From positions 1 to 64,000 of the forward strand of contig JBGQEL010000011.1 in the NCBI GenBank assembly GCA_041496385.1: a stretch of 64,000 nucleotides of DNA, given 5' to 3'. A model generated the notes under the pieces. It saw nothing but the letters and a program-made list of their open reading frames with translations, had not been told where the DNA came from and did no database searches. The translations under genes were made by a program, and so were the position numbers. Shown here in pieces: positions 45,656 through 53,401 of this stretch (the first letter of the stretch is position 1; every line of letters begins with the position of its first letter). This DNA is from Candidatus Methylomirabilia bacterium (GTDB taxonomy: Bacteria; Methylomirabilota; Methylomirabilia; Rokubacteriales; CSP1-6).

Positions 45656-46954
45656 ATGAAGCTCCTCCTCGTCGGCGGCGGGGGCCGGGAGCACTCGCTC
45701 GCCTGGCGGATCTCCCAGAGCCCGCTGGTGGACACGCTCCTCGCGGCGCCGGGCAATCCAGGCGTCGCGCACCACGCCGCCTGCGTCGAGATCGGGGTGG
45801 ACGCGCACGAGGAGCTGGTGGCCTTCGCCCGGCGCGAAGGCGTCGACCTGACCGTGGTGGGACCCGAGGTGCCACTGGTCGGCGGGCTCGCCGATCGCTT
45901 CATCGCCGCCGGACTGAGCGTCTTCGGTCCCACCGCGCGGGCCGCGGCGATCGAGGGCTCGAAGGTCTTCGCGAAGAACCTGATGGTGCGCCACGGGATC
46001 CCGACCGCGCGGTTCGCGACCTTCGACGATCCCGCGCGCGCCCGTCGTCACTGCCGGGAGCTGGGCCCGCCGCTCGTGGTCAAGGCCGACGGCCTGGCAG
46101 CGGGCAAGGGCGCGATCGTCTGCCGGACGCACGCGGAGGCCGACGCCGCCGTCGCCGAGTGCATGGAGCGTCGGGTCTTCGGCGCCTCGGGCACGACCGT
46201 GGTCATCGAGGAGTTCCTCACCGGAGAAGAAATCTCCTTCTTCGCCCTCTCCAACGGGGGCGACGCGATCGCGTTCGGGGCGGCGCAGGACCACAAGGCC
46301 GTCTTCGACGGAGACCGAGGCCCGAACACCGGCGGGATGGGCGCGTACTCGCCCGTGGCCTCCTTCGACGAGGCGCTCGAGAAGCACGTCATGGAGACCA
46401 TCGTCCGGCCCACATTCGCGGCCCTCTCGCGCGAGGCCGAGCCGTACCGCGGTGTGCTCTTCGTGCAGCTCATGCTGACGGCCGAGGGGCCGAAGGTCGT
46501 CGAGTTCAACTGCCGCTTCGGGGATCCGGAATGCCAGGCGCTGATGCTGCGCGCGCCGGGTGATCTCGTGCCCTTCTTGCTGGCCGCGGCTCGTGGCGAG
46601 GCCTGGCCCGCGGCACCGGCGTGGCCGCGGCGGGCTTCGGTGTGCGTGACCGTCGCCGCGCGGGGATACCCTGGCGCGTGCGCGACGGGCATCCCGATCG
46701 AGGGTGTGTCGCGGGCGGAGGCGAGCCCCGGCGTGCGCGTCTTCCATGCCGGCACGAAGCTCGTCGATGGCCGGCTGGTGACGGGCGGCGGACGCGTCCT
46801 CGGCGTCGGCGCGGTCGCCGACGACCTGTCCGAGGCGATCCGCGCGGCCTACGCCGCCGTCGCCGAAATCCACTTCGACGGTATGCACTACCGCACCGAC
46901 ATCGGGAGGGTCGTGCGAGCCGAGGCGCCGTCGGGGCGGGGAGGCGAGCGGTGA
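45656..46954 (+). CDS. purD: phosphoribosylamine--glycine ligase
   Basis: GGGGREHSL, VVGPE, EGSK, VKADGLAAGKG, QDHK, GPNTGGMG, EFNCRFGDPE, YRTDIG. Confidence 0.97.
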   Translation: MKLLLVGGGGREHSLAWRISQSPLVDTLLAAPGNPGVAHHAACVEIGVDAHEELVAFARREGVDLTVVGPEVPLVGGLADRFIAAGLSVFGPTARAAAIEGSKVFAKNLMVRHGIPTARFATFDDPARARRHCRELGPPLVVKADGLAAGKGAIVCRTHAEADAAVAECMERRVFGASGTTVVIEEFLTGEEISFFALSNGGDAIAFGAAQDHKAVFDGDRGPNTGGMGAYSPVASFDEALEKHVMETIVRPTFAALSREAEPYRGVLFVQLMLTAEGPKVVEFNCRFGDPECQALMLRAPGDLVPFLLAAARGEAWPAAPAWPRRASVCVTVAARGYPGACATGIPIEGVSRAEASPGVRVFHAGTKLVDGRLVTGGGRVLGVGAVADDLSEAIRAAYAAVAEIHFDGMHYRTDIGRVVRAEAPSGRGGER

Positions 46955-47071
46955 GATGGGTCGGGGTCGTGCGAGCCGAGGCGCCGTCGGGGCGGGGAGG
47001 CGAGCGGTGAGATGGGTCGGGGTCGTGCGAGCCGAGGCGCCGCCGCGGTGGGGAGGCGAGCGGTGAGATGG
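46908..47071. repeat. 56-bp tandem direct repeat x3 spanning the purD stop and purE start
   Basis: GGGTCGTGCGAGCCGAGGCGCCGTCGGGGCGGGGAGGCGAGCGGTGAGATGGGTCG at 46908 and 46964 (identical) and 47020 (3 substitutions, truncated). Confidence 0.95.
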
Positions 47072-47616
47072 ATCCGATCAAGGGGGATGGCGTGAAGGGA
47101 CCCGTGCGCGTCGGCATCGTGCTCGGCAGCGACTCGGACCTCGACGTGATGCTCGAGGCCGTCAAGGTCCTCGACGCGCTCGAGGTGGGCAGCGAAGTCG
47201 TCGTCGCTTCGGCCCACCGCACGCCCGACCGCACGCGCGACTACGCGAGCAGCGCCCAGACGCGCGGGCTCGGCGTGCTCATCGCCGGCGCGGGCGGCGC
47301 GGCGGCGCTGCCCGGCTTCCTCGCCTCGCTCTCGTCGCTGCCGGTGATCGGCGTGCCGCTCGTGGCCACGCCGCTCGGCGGCCTCGACGCGCTGCTCTCG
47401 ATCGCGCAGATGCCCAAGGGCGTGCCCGTCGCGACGGTCGCGATCGGCGCCTGGGGGGCGGCGAACGCAGGGCTCCTCGCCGCCCAGATCCTGGCCCTCG
47501 GCGATCCCGACCTCGCGAAGCGGCTCGCCGCCTACCGGGCGCGCCTCGCCGCCGAGGTGGACGAGCGCGCGCGCCGGGTCGCGGAGAAGCTGAAGTCGCC
47601 CCAGCGCGGGACGTGA
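47068..47616 (+). CDS. purE: N5-CAIR mutase / AIR carboxylase PurE
   Basis: GSDSD, SAHRTP, AGAGGAAALPG, PVIGVP, QMPKGVPVATV; alternative GTG start at 47092. Confidence 0.95.
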   Translation: MDPIKGDGVKGPVRVGIVLGSDSDLDVMLEAVKVLDALEVGSEVVVASAHRTPDRTRDYASSAQTRGLGVLIAGAGGAAALPGFLASLSSLPVIGVPLVATPLGGLDALLSIAQMPKGVPVATVAIGAWGAANAGLLAAQILALGDPDLAKRLAAYRARLAAEVDERARRVAEKLKSPQRGT

Positions 47617-48230
47617 CGCGGCCACCCGGGCGCGTCGCGATCGTGGACCCGCGGCGGCCGGCCCTCGCGGTCCTCGACGACGCGGCCGCGGTCCTGCGCG
47701 CCGGCGGGATCGTCGCGTTCCCGACGGAGACCTTCTACGGACTCGGTGCCCACGCGTTCGACCATCGGGCCGTCCGGCGGATCTTCGAGCTCAAGGGGAG
47801 ACCGGCGACGAAGCCGCTCCTCGTCCTCGTCGACTCGCTCGCGATGGTCGAGCGCGTCGGCACGCTCACGCTCGCCGCGCGCGAGCTGGCGGCGCGACAC
47901 TGGCCGGGAGCCCTGACCCTCGTGGTGCCGGCGCGCGCCGGCGTCCCCGAGGACGTGACGGCCGGCACGCACACGATCGGGGTCCGCGTGTCGCCCCATC
48001 CGATCGCGCGCGGCCTGGTCACGGCGCTCGGCGCGCCCCTGACCGCGCCGAGCGCGAACCCGGACGGGGCGGTGCCGCCCACCACCGCCGCGGCCGTGCT
48101 GGCATACTTCGGAGACCGCATCGAGCTCGTGCTCGACGGCGGCCCGACGGCGGGCGGCGAGCCGTCGACCGTCCTCGACACCACCGTGGAGCCGCCGAGG
48201 GTCGTCAGACAGGGCGCGGTCAGGCCGTGA
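47613..48230 (+). CDS. tsaC: L-threonylcarbamoyladenylate synthase (Sua5/YrdC domain only)
   Basis: AFPTETFYGLG, LKGRP, WPGALTLV, TAPSAN, PSTV. Confidence 0.93.
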   Translation: MTRPPGRVAIVDPRRPALAVLDDAAAVLRAGGIVAFPTETFYGLGAHAFDHRAVRRIFELKGRPATKPLLVLVDSLAMVERVGTLTLAARELAARHWPGALTLVVPARAGVPEDVTAGTHTIGVRVSPHPIARGLVTALGAPLTAPSANPDGAVPPTTAAAVLAYFGDRIELVLDGGPTAGGEPSTVLDTTVEPPRVVRQGAVRP

Positions 48231-48829
48231 GGGTGACGGGAGTGATCCAGGCCGGCGGCCGGAGCACGCGCATGGGCGGCAGTCCCAAGGCGCTCATGGA
48301 GCTCGGCGGCCGGCGGATCGTCGAGCGCGTCGCCGCCGCCGTGGCGCCGGCCGTGGACGACATGCTCGTCGTGACCAACACGCCCGAGCTCTACGCCTTT
48401 CTGGGCCTGCCCATGGTGGCCGACGTCTACCCGGACCACGGCTCGCTCGGCGGCATCTACTCCGGCCTCAAGGCGGCCTCGGGCGAGGCCGCGTTCACCG
48501 TCGCGTGCGACATGCCGTTCCTCCACCCCGACGTGGTCAGGCTCGTGGTCGAGCGGGCCGGCGCCGGCGAGGTCGTGATCCCACGCGTGGGCGACCAGCT
48601 CGAGACGCTGCACGCCGCGTACGCGAAGAGTTGTCTGGCGCCCATCGAGGCGCGCCTGGTGGCCGGACGGCTCAAGATCGTCGGGTTCTTCGAGGACGTG
48701 CGGGTGGTCGAGATCCCGGAGGCGGTGGTCGCGCGCCATCGCGACCCGGCGCTCGTCTTCATGAACGTCAACACGCCCGCGGAGCTGGAGCGCGCGCGGG
48801 CGATCGCGACGGAGCTCGGCCTCGAATGA
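48227..48829 (+). CDS. mobA: molybdenum cofactor guanylyltransferase-like NTP transferase
   Basis: AGGRSTRMG..KA, GSLGGIYSGL, ACDMPF, NVNTPAE. Confidence 0.88.
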   Translation: MRVTGVIQAGGRSTRMGGSPKALMELGGRRIVERVAAAVAPAVDDMLVVTNTPELYAFLGLPMVADVYPDHGSLGGIYSGLKAASGEAAFTVACDMPFLHPDVVRLVVERAGAGEVVIPRVGDQLETLHAAYAKSCLAPIEARLVAGRLKIVGFFEDVRVVEIPEAVVARHRDPALVFMNVNTPAELERARAIATELGLE

Positions 48830-50046
48830 AGGCCGCCGCACTGCGCCCGGCGGTGATCGTGCACTATCACGAGATCGGGCTCAAGCGCGGCAACCGCCCG
48901 CTCTTTCTGCGGCACCTGGCGCGGAACCTCACGCGCGCCGCCTCGGACCTCGGCCCCGTGAGGCTGCGCCAGCTCTCCGGGCGTATCCTGCTCGATCTCG
49001 ACGACCACCCGGCGCCCGAGCGGGTGGTGGACCGGGCGCTCCGCGTCTGCGGCGTCGCCAGCGCCGCGCTGGCGCACCGGGTGCCGTCCACCCTCGAGGC
49101 GATGCGGGCCGTGATCGGCCAGCTCATCGAGGGCCGGGCCTTCGGATCGTTCAGGATCTCGGCGCGGCGCGCGTTCAAGACCTATCCGATGACGTCCGTG
49201 GAGCTCAACCGGGACCTCGGCGCGTTCGTCCTCGAGCGCGTCGCCACGCGTGTGGACCTCCACGCGCCGGAGCTCGAGATCCACGTCGAGGTGCTGCCCG
49301 CGGAGACGTTCGTCTACATGGACCGGAGGGCCGGGCCGGGCGGGCTGCCGGTCGGCGCGAGCGGGACCGTCGCGGCGCTCCTCTCGGGCGGTATCGACTC
49401 GCCCGTCGCCGCCTGGCGGATGATGAAGCGCGGCTGCCGCGTTCTGTTCGTCCACTTCCACAGCGTGCCGTACCTGCCGGCGACGTCGCAGGCCAAGGCC
49501 CGCGCGCTCGTCGAGCGGCTCACGGAGTGGCAGTATGACTCGCGGCTCCTGCTGGTGCCGTTCGGCGAGATCCAGCGCGAGGTCGTCCTCACGGTCCCGC
49601 CGCCCGCCCGCGTCGTCGTCTACCGCCGGCTCATGGTGCGGATCGCCGAGGCGCTCGGCCGGGCGCGCGGGGCGCAGGCGCTCGCGACGGGCGAGAGTCT
49701 CGGCCAGGTCGCGTCGCAGACGCTCCCCAACATCGCGCGCATCGACGAGGTCGCGGGCCTGCCGGTCCTGCGACCGCTCATCGGCATGGACAAGCTGGAG
49801 ATCACGGCCGAGGCCCGCCGTCTCGGCACGTTCGAGATCTCGATCGAGCCTGATCAGGACTGCTGCACGCTCTTCACCCCGAGGCACCCGGCCACGCGCA
49901 TGTCCGAGCTCGACGTCGTCGCCGCGGAGGCGGGGCTCGACGCGCCCCGGCTCGTCGCCCAGGGCGTGGCCGGGGCGGTGCTCGAAACCTTCGAGTTCCC
50001 CGCGGGTGCCCCCGCGGTCGTCGGAGACCGGGTGCCCGATATCTAG
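48826..50046 (+). CDS. thiI: tRNA 4-thiouridine synthase (THUMP + PP-loop, no rhodanese domain)
   Basis: EIGLKRGNR, GGLPVG, LLSGGIDSPVA, TGESLGQVASQT, RPLIGMDK, DCC. Confidence 0.95.
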   Translation: MKAAALRPAVIVHYHEIGLKRGNRPLFLRHLARNLTRAASDLGPVRLRQLSGRILLDLDDHPAPERVVDRALRVCGVASAALAHRVPSTLEAMRAVIGQLIEGRAFGSFRISARRAFKTYPMTSVELNRDLGAFVLERVATRVDLHAPELEIHVEVLPAETFVYMDRRAGPGGLPVGASGTVAALLSGGIDSPVAAWRMMKRGCRVLFVHFHSVPYLPATSQAKARALVERLTEWQYDSRLLLVPFGEIQREVVLTVPPPARVVVYRRLMVRIAEALGRARGAQALATGESLGQVASQTLPNIARIDEVAGLPVLRPLIGMDKLEITAEARRLGTFEISIEPDQDCCTLFTPRHPATRMSELDVVAAEAGLDAPRLVAQGVAGAVLETFEFPAGAPAVVGDRVPDI

Positions 50047-50051
50047 TTGGC

Positions 50052-50081
50052 TTGACTTGACCTGACCCCTACAGATATGGT
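50052..50081 (+). promoter_or_regulatory. sigma-70 promoter of rpiB-glyA-nrdR (likely leaderless mRNA)
   Basis: TTGACT (50052-50057), 18 bp, TATGGT (50076-50081); ATG 6 nt later and no SD. Confidence 0.55.
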
Positions 50082-50087
50082 CAGCGT

Positions 50088-50558
50088 ATGACGGCCATCG
50101 CGCTCGGAGCGGACCACGCCGGGTTCCCGCTGAAGGAGGACCTCAAGGCGTGGTTGATCACCCAGGGGCACGAAGTGGTCGACTGCGGCACCCAGTCCGC
50201 CGAGTCCGTCGACTACCCCGACTACGCCGCGATCGTGGGCGGCGCCGTCATCACCGGCAAGGCCGCCCGCGGGATCCTCGTCTGCGGCACCGGGCTCGGA
50301 ATGGCGATGGCCGCGAACAAGGTCGCGGGCGTCCGTGCCGCCGCGTGCGCCGACGCCTACACGGCGCGCCTGAGCCGCGAGCACAACGACGCCAACGTGC
50401 TCGCGCTGGGCGCGCGCATCACCGCGCGCGACGCGGCGATCGAGATTCTCCAGGCGTGGCTCGGCGCCGACTTCGCCGGCGGCCGCCACGCTCGACGGGT
50501 CGCGAAGCTGGCCGAGCTCGACCGCGAGCGTGGAGAGCACGATGCTCCGGCTCGCTGA
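50088..50558 (+). CDS. rpiB: ribose 5-phosphate isomerase B
   Basis: GADHAG, DYPD, CGTGLG, ANKV, HNDANVL, GGRHARR. Confidence 0.96.
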   Translation: MTAIALGADHAGFPLKEDLKAWLITQGHEVVDCGTQSAESVDYPDYAAIVGGAVITGKAARGILVCGTGLGMAMAANKVAGVRAAACADAYTARLSREHNDANVLALGARITARDAAIEILQAWLGADFAGGRHARRVAKLAELDRERGEHDAPAR

Positions 50559-51789
50559 CGTCGATCCCGAGATCGCCAAGGCCCTCCGCGAGGAGGCGGA
50601 TCGGCAGCACCGGAACCTCGAGCTGATCGCCTCGGAGAACTTCGTCTCGGAAGCCGTGCTCGCGGCGACCGGCTCGGTGCTGACCAACAAGTACGCCGAG
50701 GGGTACCCGGGGCGGCGTTACTACGGCGGGTGCGAGGTCGTGGACGTTGTTGAGGAGCTCGCGATCGCGCGGGCGCGTGAGCTGTTCGGCGCCGAGCACG
50801 TCAACGTGCAGCCGCACTCCGGCGCCCAGGCGAACATGGCGGTCTATTTCACGCTGCTCAAGCCGGGCGACACGGTGCTCGGGCCGAACCTGGCCCACGG
50901 CGGTCATCTCACGGCCGGCAGCCCGGTCAACTACTCCGGCAAGTTCTACTCGATCGTCGCCTACGGGGTCCGCAAGGACACCGAGCTCATCGACCTCGAC
51001 GAGGTGCGCGACCTCGCCAGGAAGCACCGGCCGAAGCTCCTCATCGCGGGCGGCTCCGCCTTCCCGCGCGCCATCGACTTCGCGCCCTTCGGGGAGATCG
51101 CGCGCGAGGTCGGCGCCCGCCTGATGGCCGACATCGCGCACCCGGCTGGACTGGTCGCCGCCGGGCTGCACCCGTCGCCCGTCGGCATCGCCGACTTCGT
51201 CACCACGACGACGCACAAGACCCTGCGGGGGCCGCGCGGCGGGATGGTCATGTGCCGGGCCGGAGACGCGGCGGCCCTCGACCGGACCGTCATGCCGGGC
51301 GTGCAGGGCGGCCCCCTGATGCACGTGATCGCCGCCAAGGCGGTGGCGTTCCGGGAGGCGAGCCAGCCCGCCTGGCGCGAGTATCAGCGCCAGATCGTCC
51401 GCAACGCGAAGGCCCTCGCCGACGCGCTGATGGCCCGCGGCTACCGCCTCGTCTCGGGCGGCACGGACACCCACCTCATGCTCCTGGACCTCTCGAGCCG
51501 CGGCATCACGGGAAAGGACGCGCAGGAAGCGCTCGACCGCGCGTGGATCACGGTGAACAAGAACACCGTGCCGTTCGAGACCAAGAGTCCGATGGTGACC
51601 AGCGGGATCAGGATCGGGACACCCGCCGTCACGACGCGCGGCATGCGCGAGACGGAGATGGGCGAGATCGCGGGAGTCATCGACCGGGTGCTGTCGAACC
51701 TCGGAGCGGCCCCGGTCGAGGCGAAGGTTCGCGAGGACGTCCGGGAGCTGACGAACCGCTTCCCGCTCTATCCGGAGCGGCGGACATGA
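50542..51789 (+). CDS. glyA: serine hydroxymethyltransferase
   Basis: [47 protein letters not shown]. Confidence 0.98.
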   Translation: MLRLADVDPEIAKALREEADRQHRNLELIASENFVSEAVLAATGSVLTNKYAEGYPGRRYYGGCEVVDVVEELAIARARELFGAEHVNVQPHSGAQANMAVYFTLLKPGDTVLGPNLAHGGHLTAGSPVNYSGKFYSIVAYGVRKDTELIDLDEVRDLARKHRPKLLIAGGSAFPRAIDFAPFGEIAREVGARLMADIAHPAGLVAAGLHPSPVGIADFVTTTTHKTLRGPRGGMVMCRAGDAAALDRTVMPGVQGGPLMHVIAAKAVAFREASQPAWREYQRQIVRNAKALADALMARGYRLVSGGTDTHLMLLDLSSRGITGKDAQEALDRAWITVNKNTVPFETKSPMVTSGIRIGTPAVTTRGMRETEMGEIAGVIDRVLSNLGAAPVEAKVREDVRELTNRFPLYPERRT

Positions 51790-51805
51790 GAGGGGGGCTC
51801 GGCCG

Positions 51806-52312
51806 GTGAAATGCCCGTTTTGCGGACACACGGAGGATCGGGTCGTCGACTCCCGGGTCGGGCGCGACGGCGAGTTCATCCGCCGCCGGCGCGAGTGTCT
51901 CAAGTGCCACCGGCGCTACACGACCTACGAGTACATCGAGGACGTCCTGCCGCACGTCGTGAAGCGCGACGGCCGGCGCGAGCCGTTCGACCGGCAGAAG
52001 CTCCGGGGCTCGATCCTCAAGGCGTGCGAGAAGCGCTCCGTCGGCGTCCAGGCCGTCGACGACGTCGTCGCCGAGATCGAGTCGCAGCTTCACGAGCGCG
52101 CCGAGAAGGAGATCACCAGCAAGGAGCTCGGCGAGATCGTGATGGAGCACCTCCAGAAGCTCGACCAGGTGGCCTACGTGCGCTTCGCCTCCGTTTACCG
52201 GCAGTTCAAGGACATCGCCCAGTTCATGGACGAGGTGAAGGGGCTCCTCAAGGACGACAAGCCGAAGCCGGGCCTCGCCCCCAGGCCGAAGATGATCGTG
52301 AAGGCCAAGTAA
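51806..52312 (+). CDS. nrdR: transcriptional repressor NrdR
   Basis: KCPFC, VVDSR, RRRRECLKC, ATP cone, VAYVRFASVY. Confidence 0.97.
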   Translation: MKCPFCGHTEDRVVDSRVGRDGEFIRRRRECLKCHRRYTTYEYIEDVLPHVVKRDGRREPFDRQKLRGSILKACEKRSVGVQAVDDVVAEIESQLHERAEKEITSKELGEIVMEHLQKLDQVAYVRFASVYRQFKDIAQFMDEVKGLLKDDKPKPGLAPRPKMIVKAK

Positions 52313-52315
52313 CGC

Positions 52316-53173
52316 CTAGGCGGCCGGCCGCGTCACGAGGAACACGCCGCCGATCACCAGCATCGCGCCGACCACGTGATACGCATGGACGGCCTCGCCG
52401 ACCACAAGCCACGCCAGGGCGATCACGACGAAGGGCATCAGATTGAGGAAGCCGTTGGCGCGCCCCGGCCCGATCGCGCGCACGACCGCGTAGTACCAGA
52501 CGTGCGCGAGCGTCACGAGCACCGCGGTGTAGAGGACGACCGCCCAGCCGAGCGGCGCCGCGAGCGGCGAGCGCCACGGCTCGACGACGGCCGCCAGCGG
52601 GATCAGCACGATCGCGCTCACCACGTGCGCGCCCGCCATCACCCAGACGGGCTCGAGCGTCGAGGCTGACGCGCGACTGAACAGCGAGTAGGCGACCCAG
52701 AGCACCTGGGAGAAGAGCATGATCGGGTCGCCGCGGTTGAACGCCAGCGTCCGGAACGTCTCGAGGGAACCCTTGGCGACGGTGACGAGGACCGCGGCAA
52801 CCGTCACGGCGATGCCGAGCCAGTTGAGCGGCGCCAGGCGATCGCCGAGCAGGAGGGCCGCGGCCAGCGCGATGAAGATCGGCGCCGTGGCGCTCAGGAT
52901 GCTCGCGTTCAGCGCGGTCGTGTACTGCAGACCCCAGTACCAGATCGTGGTGTTCCCGACGAGCCCTGTGAGCCCGAGGACGACGAAGGTGACGTAGTCG
53001 CGCCGGGCCAGGGGGTGGGTCAGGGGCGCGGTGAGGTGCGCGACGGCGAGCAGGAGCGGGGTCGCGACCAGGGCGCGGGCGGCGGTCAGGCTCAGGGGGC
53101 CGAGCTCACCGAGCGCGATTTTGCCGAGGGGAAAGTTGCCAGCCCAGATGAAAATGACCGCCAGCAGCAGCAC
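52316..53173 (-). CDS. DMT/EamA family transporter
   Basis: About 10 hydrophobic segments; EamA motifs IWAGNF..GK, GLQYTTA.NASIL, IGPGRANGFLNLMP. True start may be 7 codons upstream (ATC at 53194). Confidence 0.9.
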   Translation of the reverse strand: MLLLAVIFIWAGNFPLGKIALGELGPLSLTAARALVATPLLLAVAHLTAPLTHPLARRDYVTFVVLGLTGLVGNTTIWYWGLQYTTALNASILSATAPIFIALAAALLLGDRLAPLNWLGIAVTVAAVLVTVAKGSLETFRTLAFNRGDPIMLFSQVLWVAYSLFSRASASTLEPVWVMAGAHVVSAIVLIPLAAVVEPWRSPLAAPLGWAVVLYTAVLVTLAHVWYYAVVRAIGPGRANGFLNLMPFVVIALAWLVVGEAVHAYHVVGAMLVIGGVFLVTRPAA

Positions 53174-53199
53174 ATAGGCGCGCTTTTCGGTGATCCACC

Positions 53200-53228
53200 A
53201 TGCTAGGAAGGCCCCCCGGCGCTGTCAA
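53200..53228 (-). promoter_or_regulatory. sigma-70 promoter of the DMT transporter
   Basis: Minus strand TTGACA (53228-53223), 17 bp, TAGCAT (53205-53200). Confidence 0.65.
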
Positions 53229-53303
53229 GGGGGCACCGAATATCTTGGGCCTCCGGGGCAACAGGGTCGCAAGATAGTGGGTACCGATGAGGTTCCGGGG
53301 TCG

Positions 53304-53332
53304 TTGACATCGCCGGAGGCGCGATGTAGCGT
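53304..53332 (+). promoter_or_regulatory. sigma-70 promoter of the radical SAM gene, with a dyad in the spacer
   Basis: TTGACA (53304-53309), 17 bp, TAGCGT (53327-53332); inverted repeat ACATCGC-N7-GCGATGT at 53307-53327. Confidence 0.65.
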
Positions 53333-53401
53333 TGGCTCGGCCCTGCGGCCTGCAGCCATTGCCAACCGTGCAAACTTAGCGCGCGTGAGGAGATCCCATC
53401 G

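Noticed and set aside
46908..47071. Tandem repeats here and at 36735-36866 as CRISPR arrays
   Set aside because: Units are head-to-tail with no unique spacers, 56 and 65 bp long, and no cas genes are present.
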